Origin: a bacterium | Lineage (GTDB): Bacteria; Verrucomicrobiota; Verrucomicrobiia; Limisphaerales; RI-55 | Assembly: GCA_031362805.1 (NCBI GenBank) | Contig: JANLTG010000126.1 | Span: 66,426-130,425 of the forward strand | Reading direction: 5' to 3' | DNA length: 64,000 bases | Part shown: positions 55,703-64,000 of the stretch, piece after piece | How the letters are laid out: every line of letters begins with the position of its first letter | How positions within the stretch are numbered: position 1 is the first letter of the stretch | The notes under the pieces: model-generated | What the model saw: the letters and a program-made list of their open reading frames with translations, nothing else | Database searches by the model: none | What the model was told of the DNA's origin: nothing | Translations under genes and position numbers: made by a program

Positions 55703-56923
55703 ATGAGCACCGCCAAGAGCAGCTTTCTGGATCGCGTGCTGGGCCGCATTGGCCGGCTCGACCAGCAAGGCCTGCAAACCGTCATCGAACGGCTGGCGCG
55801 CGAGCGGAGCTTTCTTGAGACGTTGTTCAACGCCATCGAGGACGGCGTGCTGGTGATTGATGAGGCGGGAAAAATTCTCTACTTCAACCAGGCGGTCACC
55901 GATCTCATCGGTCTGCAATCGCGCGAGGCCGAAGGTGAAAACATCCGTCGATATCTGCCGGAGCTCGACTGGGCGGCGCTGGTGAAACGCAAGAAGACCG
56001 GCGGCACGCGCATCCTGCGGCAGGAGTTCGAGGTGTTTTATCCGCGGCAACGGTTTGTCCGGCTTTACGCCGCGCCGTTGAGCAGCGATGGCGAAGGCTC
56101 CGGCCTGGTGTTGATCGTCCACGACGCCACGGAGGCGCGGCAGCAGACCTTCGAGGCGATCGAGAGCGAGCGCATTGAAGCGTTGACGCTGCTGGCCGCG
56201 AGCGTTGCCCACGAGATTGGCAACCCGCTCAACGCGCTCCACATTCACCTCCAGTTGATGGAACGCGAGGTGAAGAAGCTGCGCAGTGCGAGCACCACAG
56301 TGGTCAAGAAGGCGTCCGCCGCCGGTTTAAAAAAGGATCTGTCCGAGATCAACGAACGGTTGGACAAGTATCTGGACGTTTGCAAGGGCGAGATCGGCCG
56401 GCTGGATTACATCGTGACGCAGTTCTTGCAGGCGATCCGCCCGACGAAACCGGAGCTACAGGCGGCGTCTTTGAACGACGTGGTGTTGGGAACCCTTTCC
56501 CTGCTCCAGCCGGAGTTGGACAATCGCGGCCTCGCGGTGAAGCAGGAACTCGCCGCTCACCTGCCGCAGGCGCCGATCGACTCCGCGCAGATCAAGCAGG
56601 TGCTGGTGAACCTCATCAAGAACGCCATGCACGCGATGACCCGCGACGGGCGGTTGACCCTCGCCACCGGTGTCGCGGGCGAAGGCGTCTGGGTCAGCGT
56701 GGCGGACACCGGCGGCGGTATTCCACAGGAGAAGATCAACCAGATCTTTCAGCCCTTCTTCACCACCAAGAAGAAAGGCACCGGCCTCGGTCTGATGATT
56801 GTGCAGCGCATCGTCCGCGAGCACGGCGGCCGCATCGAGGTCGAGAGCAATGTGGGCGCGGGCACGACTTTCCGCGTCTGGCTGCCGCTGCACGAACGCC
56901 AGCCAAGGTTGTTGAAGGGCTAA
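55703..56923 (+). CDS. Cytoplasmic PAS-domain histidine kinase (NtrB-like)
   Basis: PAS domain, AHEIGNPL, NLIKNA, DTGGGI, FFTTK..GTGLGL. Confidence 0.92.
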   Translation: MSTAKSSFLDRVLGRIGRLDQQGLQTVIERLARERSFLETLFNAIEDGVLVIDEAGKILYFNQAVTDLIGLQSREAEGENIRRYLPELDWAALVKRKKTGGTRILRQEFEVFYPRQRFVRLYAAPLSSDGEGSGLVLIVHDATEARQQTFEAIESERIEALTLLAASVAHEIGNPLNALHIHLQLMEREVKKLRSASTTVVKKASAAGLKKDLSEINERLDKYLDVCKGEIGRLDYIVTQFLQAIRPTKPELQAASLNDVVLGTLSLLQPELDNRGLAVKQELAAHLPQAPIDSAQIKQVLVNLIKNAMHAMTRDGRLTLATGVAGEGVWVSVADTGGGIPQEKINQIFQPFFTTKKKGTGLGLMIVQRIVREHGGRIEVESNVGAGTTFRVWLPLHERQPRLLKG

Positions 56924-57005
56924 AAAGCAACGGCCGGCCGTGGGTCACTCGCGTTTCCCGACCGGCCGGCTGCCGCCCCCAATTCAACCCTAAATTCCGG
57001 TTACC

Positions 57006-59180
57006 TCACGGCGTGAGCGCCGCGGCCGCGCGATAATATTTTTGCGGACTCGCCGTCGGGTTCGTTCGGGCGAGCGAGGTATCCGTCATCAGCGTGAATC
57101 CCGAACCGTCATCGTCCGTGAAGCCCACGTTGAGGTCCGTGGTGGACTGAAGTTTGTAGTGCAGGCCGCGCAGCGTGTTCAACCGCACTTCGTGGTCTCC
57201 GCCGGGGAGTTGACGGAACGCGACGTTGACCGGCGTGTTCACCACCGAACCGTCGAAGTATTTTTGCGCAAGCGCCCAGACCGCCTGGCCCGCTTGCGAG
57301 CCCGCGATACGACCGCCGAAGTCATCGGCCGGCGGGTGGATGCCGCCCCAAATGCGGGAGAGGCCAGCCTGGTCAGCGGCATCGTAGTAGGTGCCCCATT
57401 GTAGAGTAATCGACTGGCTGGGGCCCTGCTCGAAGCCCAAGCCTGTGTTTGCCGGAGCGGTGTAAGTCGCCACGCCTCCCGGAAAGAATGGCGAGCCGGT
57501 TATTCCGGCAAGCACTTCCGCGGCGGAGCGACTGAACGAGCTGTGTCCGGAAACATATCCGGGGAAGGCGGGTGTCACGAAGTTTGTCCGCTGATAGGGA
57601 ACCCATTCGTTGGCCTGTAGCCACTTCACGCCGCGATAGGTTGTTGTGGAATTTGCCGGCTGACCCGGCCAGGCCAGCACCGCCAGACTATTGGCCACCA
57701 AGCCGGCATGACGGCCGGAGCCGATCGTCGCCGGCGTCACCAGCTCGATCAGCCCAGGAATGAGCGGCAGGCCGTTGGCGTTGTAGCGGGCTCCAGCTGG
57801 GTTGCTTGATTGCCCGAGGTCGGCCAGATAGCGGACCGCTGTGATTGGGCGCCAACCGTCGTAATAGCGCTTGATGGACCAAGCGGCGCAGGCCGCTTCA
57901 TGGACGCCAGCATTCAGACTGAAGTAGAGCTTCACATCCCATTCGAGATCGTCCACGACCGGGCCCACGCCCCCGATGCGCTTCACAAACAGAGGATGAT
58001 CGCTGACGCCATTGGCAACTGTATTCCAATGGCCGGGAGGCGTCTCGGAGTTGGGACCATCGGCCCAGAATTCGGCGAGCACACGGGTGTAGTCGCCGCG
58101 CTTCACAACGTTTGCCGCGTACGGCTGGCCCGTGGCAGGGTTCAGGGCGTGCCCCATGCCGTCATTGGCGCCGAGGGTGTTGTTTCCGAAAGCGCCGGGC
58201 GAAATATCCATCGTCACGCCGTCATCCGGCGTTAACTGACTGCTGGCCCGAATCACGGCGACCACGTTCTCGACAAACGCGGCATGACTCGCACCACCGA
58301 AGAGCGGCGGCGGTCCGGGATCAGCCCAGGGCTTGGTCGCATCGGCCCGCGTCAGTGCAAAAGGACGGACGCCCAGCCATTGCGCGCCCAGATAATTTTG
58401 GATCGGCGTCGCGGTGAAGCCATTCTGATCCTGCGCGTTGAAAACAATGTGCAACCGCTGCCAACGATTCACGTCGGCCAGGCTGGGATTAAACTCGTTG
58501 TCCGTGATGCCCGGCAACTCGGGAACCAGCGGCCCGTTGATGTAAACGTAGCCACCTTGGTTGGCCGGATAGTCCGGATAGGCAATGGGGTTGACCGTCG
58601 GAGTGGCGGGGTTGTAGGGCGTGCCGTTCGCCTGCCGCGCACCATCGAACATGAACCAGGCGGAGACGGCATCGAAGATCTTGTTGCCCACACCGGCGGG
58701 AGTGGCCGTGTCCCGGGAGTTGTTACTCGCGTTGTAACCCAGCGTCACCATCAGCGCGTCGTCCGCAGCAAGCGTATTCGCCGCGGTTCGCGAATACACG
58801 TGGCGTTCCTTCATAATCCGGTAAGCCGCAAAGCTGATCGCCTCGCGCCGGGCCAACGCAATATCCGGCGCCGTGTGTTTGCCGCGATACACGTAGCCGA
58901 CGGCCGTGGGGTCGTACGCTGCCCACGCGTCATACATGGCCACCGACAGACTGAAGAGATTGCGCGCCTGCGCCGGCGGATGAGGCGTATCCACCCGGAT
59001 GGACGCGAGGGCCCGTTCATCCCAAGTGCGGGCAATGCTGTGTTCGGCGGCGCTTACGGAAAGGGCGCCAGCAGCGAACCCCAACAGGGCGCAGCCGCAC
59101 GATGAAATGGAGGTCCGGAATCGCGACCAGACAGAATCCGGCCGCAACAAAAGGTTAGGGAGTGGGTTGATGGCTTTCAT
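57006..59180 (-). CDS. Secreted vanadium-dependent haloperoxidase-like protein
   Basis: HSIAR.W, AMYDAWAAY, EFWADGP.SETPPGHW, K..Y...RP, TPAFPGYVSGHSSFS, SRIWGGIH. Confidence 0.88.
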   Translation of the reverse strand: MKAINPLPNLLLRPDSVWSRFRTSISSCGCALLGFAAGALSVSAAEHSIARTWDERALASIRVDTPHPPAQARNLFSLSVAMYDAWAAYDPTAVGYVYRGKHTAPDIALARREAISFAAYRIMKERHVYSRTAANTLAADDALMVTLGYNASNNSRDTATPAGVGNKIFDAVSAWFMFDGARQANGTPYNPATPTVNPIAYPDYPANQGGYVYINGPLVPELPGITDNEFNPSLADVNRWQRLHIVFNAQDQNGFTATPIQNYLGAQWLGVRPFALTRADATKPWADPGPPPLFGGASHAAFVENVVAVIRASSQLTPDDGVTMDISPGAFGNNTLGANDGMGHALNPATGQPYAANVVKRGDYTRVLAEFWADGPNSETPPGHWNTVANGVSDHPLFVKRIGGVGPVVDDLEWDVKLYFSLNAGVHEAACAAWSIKRYYDGWRPITAVRYLADLGQSSNPAGARYNANGLPLIPGLIELVTPATIGSGRHAGLVANSLAVLAWPGQPANSTTTYRGVKWLQANEWVPYQRTNFVTPAFPGYVSGHSSFSRSAAEVLAGITGSPFFPGGVATYTAPANTGLGFEQGPSQSITLQWGTYYDAADQAGLSRIWGGIHPPADDFGGRIAGSQAGQAVWALAQKYFDGSVVNTPVNVAFRQLPGGDHEVRLNTLRGLHYKLQSTTDLNVGFTDDDGSGFTLMTDTSLARTNPTASPQKYYRAAAALTP

Positions 59181-59261
59181 GGGCTAGTGGTGATTACGAT
59201 GGCTAACTGAACCTATCTTGCGCGCGTTGCCGACAGTTTTGGGGGAGGCTGCTGCCACTAT

Positions 59262-59295
59262 GGGACGAACTGCGGGGAAGGTGGGGTGAGTTGCG
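59262..59295 (-). promoter_or_regulatory. Putative LytTR-binding direct repeats
   Basis: Minus strand CGCAACTCACCCC and CGCAGTTCGTCCC with a 21-bp period. Confidence 0.5.
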
Positions 59296-59313
59296 ATCAG
59301 CGAGGTCAGGGGA

Positions 59314-60084
59314 TCAGGCGGACAAGAACTGTTTGAGTCGATCGCGATAACTGCGGCTGCACGTCAGCTTTGCGCCGTTACGCAAACGCACCGTGTATTC
59401 ACCGTGAAACAGCGGCTCGAAATCGCGAATCTGGTCCGCGTTGACGATCGTGGAGCGGCTGATGCGCAGAAAGCGCTCCGGGTTGAGGCGCGTTTCCAGC
59501 GAGTTCATCGTCTCGCGGAGGACGTGCCGTTCCTTGCCGACGTGCAGCACCGCGTAATTGTCCGCCGCTTCGATCCAGTCCAGCTCGTCCATCTTGATCA
59601 GCAGGATGCGGCCGTCGGACTTCACGGCGATGCGTCCGCCCGCCAACGGCCGTTGGGCGGCTTCCGCGAGCAGGCCAGCCAAAGGGGATGAACTTACTTT
59701 GCTCGCCGATCCCTGGCGCAGGAGCGTCCGCGCGCGGTCAAGCGCCTTGCTGAAGCGTTCGCGGCCGAACGGCTTCAACAAGTACTCGGCCGCATGCGCC
59801 TCAAATGCCTGGAGGGCAAACTTGTCATGCGCGGTGACGAAGATCACGCAAGGCGGCCGGTCGTGCCCCAGTCCGGCCAGGACGCCGAAGCCATCCAGTT
59901 CGGGCATCTGCACGTCGAGGAACAGGAGGTCGGGCGATTCCTCGAGGATCAATTCCATGGCGCGCTTGCCGTCCGCGGCCTCGCCGACGATCTCCACATC
60001 GGACTCCGACGCCAACAACTGCCGCAGCTTGGCGCGGGCGAGCGCCTCGTCATCCACGATCAATGTTCGAATCTTGCCGGTCAT
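59314..60084 (-). CDS. LytTR-family response regulator
   Basis: IVDDEALAR, FLDVQMP, FVTAHD, WIEAADNY..LH, FLRISRS.IVN, SRSYR. Confidence 0.93.
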   Translation of the reverse strand: MTGKIRTLIVDDEALARAKLRQLLASESDVEIVGEAADGKRAMELILEESPDLLFLDVQMPELDGFGVLAGLGHDRPPCVIFVTAHDKFALQAFEAHAAEYLLKPFGRERFSKALDRARTLLRQGSASKVSSSPLAGLLAEAAQRPLAGGRIAVKSDGRILLIKMDELDWIEAADNYAVLHVGKERHVLRETMNSLETRLNPERFLRISRSTIVNADQIRDFEPLFHGEYTVRLRNGAKLTCSRSYRDRLKQFLSA

Positions 60085-60354
60085 GCCTGCCACCTCCGAC
60101 GGCAAGCAGGCGGTCCGGAGCCCGGTTGTTCTCAACGGAACAATTCCAAGCCTGACCGCCTTGCAAAGGCATACCGCGCTGGTGGAGGCGGGAAGATGCG
60201 GAAGCGTGAACCGACGAGACACCCAAATGGGGCGAACCGCAGCCGGGCACGGGTGAACTGGAGAATTCACGTGATGCACGGCGAGGAACAGTCTCCCGCC
60301 GCCGCCGCCGCCGCGAAATTCTCAATCGAATTCCCGCCCCGTGGCTTCTCGCGG

Positions 60355-62292
60355 TTACAGCTCCGGCGGTTTGGGCGCGAAGTATTTGAGCGTGAACGCT
60401 TCCTTGCTCAAGGCGCCGGCATAGACCGAGTAGTGAAAATACTTCTGCACTTTTTCAAACGGCGGCAGCAGCGAAACATCGATCCATTCGGTCACGCCGC
60501 CCCCGTCACCGGACGCCGCCGAAGCCGCAAGCAACTGCTGAAAAAGGAGGGCGCTCGGATTTGTCCCGGCACCCGCGGGCGCGGTGAGCGCATCCCACAC
60601 GGAGCGCATGGTTTCGCGATCGTTGGAAAAGCCAAACATGCCCGTGCCCACGCCCCCGACCTTGTCCGCCGCAGCGCGGAATCCTGACCGGGCCAGCAGC
60701 GAAGTCGTGTCCGCAGGCTTGGCCGCGAGGTGGTTCTTAAGAAGTTCAAGGTCCGTGGCCACGGCGAGGTAGCCGTTGGCGCCGGCAAACGCAATCGTCT
60801 GCACGGGCGGCGCGGCTTGACCTGCGGCGGGCAGGCCCATTGGGATGCCCATCGACCAGACCTTGACGCCAGCGACATCGCTTTCCTCAAGTTTCGCAAC
60901 ATCGGGCGGCACCATGCCCATCAAGAGCTTCAACGCGCCGGCGAGCTGCTCCGGTTTTGGCGAACTGATCAGCGCCACCTGCGGCGGGCCGGCCATCGAA
61001 GCTTCCCCAGACTTGGCGGCCGTCTGCCAGGTGATGACATCATCGCCCAGGTTCGCGACGAACTGTTTGCGGAAGTCGAAGCCGGGATCCTTATCCTTGC
61101 CGATGGCGTCCACCGTCATTTTGACAATGCCCCCAATCGGCGGCGCGATCTCACCCACCATCGACTCCAGGGTGTTCCACGATTTCTGCAAGTCGATGCG
61201 CGTGCGCGAAAACGTGAGCGCGTCCGCCGGCACAAAGGCCGCCGGGCCGGAATCCTTGGCGGCAAACGCCAGCATGCGGAACAAGCCCCGGCGTTCGCCG
61301 TCGGGGATGCGCACTTTCATTTCACTGGAGGCACCGTCACTCCGAATCGCGGCGGCAAACGAGAGCGTTTTTAATCCGCTCAAGCCCAGCGCGGAGAGCA
61401 TCCGCGCGGGACTCAGCCCCATTGGCAGGCCCGCTTCCGCTCCGGGGAGCAATTGCCGCGCGGCTTCAAGGATCGGTTCCAGATTCAGCCAGCCGTAGAT
61501 CGTGGCCCCACGCAGCGTCGACGCGTAGTCCGGCATGAAGTCCACGGATTCACCCAACGCCATGACCGCGCCGCCGCTCTTGAGGGTCATGATCTTTTCG
61601 AGATCAACGCGGCTGCTGCTCACGATCAGCAACGAGCCGGCCTGGCCGATGAACAATTCCTGGGCTGGCCCCGGCGTGGCCGCCTCGCCCGTCGCCGCAT
61701 TCTCGTCGGGCGCTTTCGCCTTGTCGGTGGCATCGGCGTCTTTCGCTTCATCGGCATCGTCCGCCTGGGGTGCTTTGAGCGCCGGCGGTTGCACCGTCAG
61801 CACCAGAAACTCCGTGCCGCCGATGCGTTGAGTTTTCATCGGCTCACCCTTGGCGGCCAGCTTGGTGCGGCCCTCCGCCAGCACTTGCGTCAAGCGCTCC
61901 GCCTGGTCCCGCGCGTCGATCAGGATCGCCAATCCCGGCGTGGCGCCCGCCTCCGCCGGCCAGCCGTTGCGCGTCACCGCGAGCGTGAGCTGCCCCTGCG
62001 CGAGCCCGAGATAATTGGTAAGGCTCGTGCCCATTTCCTGTTCGAGCGGCTGTAGCAACTGCGTCTCAAGCTTCGACCAAAACTTGTTCACGAACGGCGC
62101 CAGGGCCGGATCGCGCCAGGGCTGCATCTGGGGTGATTGATTGAAAAGCCGGCGCGCTGCGGCCATGTCCGGCACCGTGATCACGCCCAGCGTGTCCGCG
62201 GGAAGAAGTTTCTCCGCAGGCGGCACGGACTGTCCGAAGCCCGTGGCATACAGGCCGACAGCGGCGACGAAGATCAAGGCAACTTGTTTCAT
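60355..62292 (-). CDS. Exported hypothetical protein (DUF3352-like)
   Basis: Signal peptide; duplicated LLPADT / FVPADA module pattern. Family call tentative. Confidence 0.6.
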   Translation of the reverse strand: MKQVALIFVAAVGLYATGFGQSVPPAEKLLPADTLGVITVPDMAAARRLFNQSPQMQPWRDPALAPFVNKFWSKLETQLLQPLEQEMGTSLTNYLGLAQGQLTLAVTRNGWPAEAGATPGLAILIDARDQAERLTQVLAEGRTKLAAKGEPMKTQRIGGTEFLVLTVQPPALKAPQADDADEAKDADATDKAKAPDENAATGEAATPGPAQELFIGQAGSLLIVSSSRVDLEKIMTLKSGGAVMALGESVDFMPDYASTLRGATIYGWLNLEPILEAARQLLPGAEAGLPMGLSPARMLSALGLSGLKTLSFAAAIRSDGASSEMKVRIPDGERRGLFRMLAFAAKDSGPAAFVPADALTFSRTRIDLQKSWNTLESMVGEIAPPIGGIVKMTVDAIGKDKDPGFDFRKQFVANLGDDVITWQTAAKSGEASMAGPPQVALISSPKPEQLAGALKLLMGMVPPDVAKLEESDVAGVKVWSMGIPMGLPAAGQAAPPVQTIAFAGANGYLAVATDLELLKNHLAAKPADTTSLLARSGFRAAADKVGGVGTGMFGFSNDRETMRSVWDALTAPAGAGTNPSALLFQQLLAASAASGDGGGVTEWIDVSLLPPFEKVQKYFHYSVYAGALSKEAFTLKYFAPKPPEL

Positions 62293-62384
62293 AGATTGGA
62301 AATAGGACACCGCTCGCTGGCGTTTCGTTTCATGGATCGTGCAGCGAAGGGGGGAAACGAGGCGATTACAAACTTGTTTCAAGA

Positions 62385-62945
62385 TCACGCTCCCCGCGCC
62401 TCCAACGACCTTTGCAACCTGCTCAAGTCAGCGGGCAGGTTGGCGTTCATCAGTTCATGCTGGCGGTTGCCGGACAGTTCCAGACCGACGACCCGCAGTT
62501 GCTTTGCGAGGCGTTGGAGCGAGGGAACTCCCGAATCGATCACCCGCTGCACGTTCGCCAGCGCCGCGGTCGGCAGGGCGAGCGGAAACCCAAACCCGCG
62601 AGCGGTGCGGAGGAACACCGGCCGGCCGCTGGCCTTGACGCGCTTCATCACTTCTCCCAGCAGTCTTGGCGTGATCAACGGCATGTCGCAAGGAAGGAAG
62701 AGGCACCAGCCGGAGCGCGCCCGTTGCAAGCCGGTGAAGATCCCGCTCAATGGGCCGCAGCTTGGAATGGCGTCCTGGCGAACGATCCGCACGGGCAAAC
62801 CCGTGGCTGCCGCGCTCGCTCGCACGTGTCGGAGCAGCGGCTTGCCAGCGATCACGATTCGCGCCTTGTCCCGCCCCATGCGCGAACTTTTGCCACCGGC
62901 AAGAATCCAGATCGTCCAACGCACCGGCGACGCCCGCGCTTCCAT
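62385..62945 (-). CDS. mobA: Molybdenum cofactor guanylyltransferase MobA-like
   Basis: ILAGGKSSRMGRDKA, GPLSGI..GL, PCDMP, NAN.P.DL. Confidence 0.85.
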   Translation of the reverse strand: MEARASPVRWTIWILAGGKSSRMGRDKARIVIAGKPLLRHVRASAAATGLPVRIVRQDAIPSCGPLSGIFTGLQRARSGWCLFLPCDMPLITPRLLGEVMKRVKASGRPVFLRTARGFGFPLALPTAALANVQRVIDSGVPSLQRLAKQLRVVGLELSGNRQHELMNANLPADLSRLQRSLEARGA

Positions 62946-63016
62946 CGTTCGACGTGGAACCACCACGGGCCGAGCGATGCTCGGCGCTCCCCTGATGACG
63001 CGATGCTTCGAGATCT

Positions 63017-63952
63017 TCATGCCCACTTTTGCAGACATGCGGCCAGCACTTCGGCGGGTGAAATCGCGGACAGCCCGGAGGGATGGCAAAGCAGATCGAA
63101 TTGCAGGCTGGGCGGCCGCCAGATCTCCGCCTTCGTCTCACCCCACAGCACCAGGCCCGACAGACCCACCGCCGCGGCCAGATGCGAGATGCCGGAGTCG
63201 TGGCCCACGAATCCCCGGGCCAACGCCAGCAACTGCGCGACATCGGCCAACGGCAGACTCCGGGCGATCGCCACGCGGTTCGCGGGCAGGTCCACGATCA
63301 GACGCTCCAGTCGATCGCCCTCCGACTCACCGCCGATGAGCAGCAGATTCAAACTGGATTCCGCGATCAGTTGGGCGATCAATTGCCGCCAGCCGGCCTC
63401 CGGCCAGTTCTTCTTTTCGCTGCCGCTGCCCGGATGCAACGCCAGCCACGGACCGGTCGCCATGGAAATTTTCAAGTGCGACGCCGGGCCATTCTCCGTT
63501 CGCTCGATGCCCAGTCGGGGAAAGCTTTCCGCGTCATAGATGGCCAGCCGTTCGAGCGGTTTGAGAAAGCACGCCGCGGCATGCACGCTCAGAGATTCAT
63601 CGGGACGATGCGGCCCGGCGATGAACTGCGCCCGAGTGCAACGCTTGACGTTCTCCTGAAAAATTTCGTCCGGGTCGTACAGGAATGAGATGATCAGATC
63701 GAAGTCGCTGAAATAGTCGCGCAACGCTTCGTCCAACTGGCCGTGGCGCGCGAAGAAGCCGGCCAGAGCGCGTGATTCGATCGACTGCACCCGCGCCGCG
63801 AGCCCGCCGGCCACCGCCAGTTGGGCAATGCGCGGATAACCCAGCACCTCGATGTCGTTGGCCGGGAGGTTCGCCTTGATCGCCTGTAACACGGGCAGCG
63901 TGAGGATGAAATCCCCGATGGCACCGCCGCGAATGATCAGAATCTTGCCCAT
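63017..63952 (-). CDS. Glycosyltransferase family 9 (heptosyltransferase-like)
   Basis: GAIGDFIL.LP, LHPGSG..KKNWP, GHDSGISHLAAA.G. Confidence 0.9.
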   Translation of the reverse strand: MGKILIIRGGAIGDFILTLPVLQAIKANLPANDIEVLGYPRIAQLAVAGGLAARVQSIESRALAGFFARHGQLDEALRDYFSDFDLIISFLYDPDEIFQENVKRCTRAQFIAGPHRPDESLSVHAAACFLKPLERLAIYDAESFPRLGIERTENGPASHLKISMATGPWLALHPGSGSEKKNWPEAGWRQLIAQLIAESSLNLLLIGGESEGDRLERLIVDLPANRVAIARSLPLADVAQLLALARGFVGHDSGISHLAAAVGLSGLVLWGETKAEIWRPPSLQFDLLCHPSGLSAISPAEVLAACLQKWA

Positions 63953-64000
63953 TAAAAACTGGCCTTTAGTTTCGGCAGAATCCGGCCGGCGGTCTACTCG

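Overview
GC-rich bacterial chromosomal window. Gene content and style suggest Verrucomicrobiota/PVC; this is an inference, not a database result. It holds core genes (class II ribonucleotide reductase, zwf/pgl, dtd, gyrB/gyrA, corA, mobA, a GT9 transferase), a compact T2SS/T4P-like secretin operon, a sigma28-type porin + small periplasmic protein + two-MCP chemosensory cluster, a giant PA14/lamin-tail/CotH secreted protein, two Phd-VapC toxin-antitoxin pairs, a BlaI plus BlaR1(M56)-secretin fusion, and a vanadium haloperoxidase next to a LytTR regulator. The most unusual part is a lower-GC island at about 33.0-39.5 kb, just downstream of gyrA. It contains a decayed orphan RHS-WHH nuclease cassette and two 'mini-RHS' genes in which a Sec-type signal peptide is joined directly to the RHS terminal motif (APHSRIYLYAHADPVNGxDPSGHE) and a variable nuclease-like tip. 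Each is followed by candidate immunity genes. The two mini-RHS cassettes lie between inverted, about 85% identical copies of an HTH gene. No rRNA, tRNA, CRISPR array, integrase or transposase was recognised. All family calls come from reading motifs by eye.
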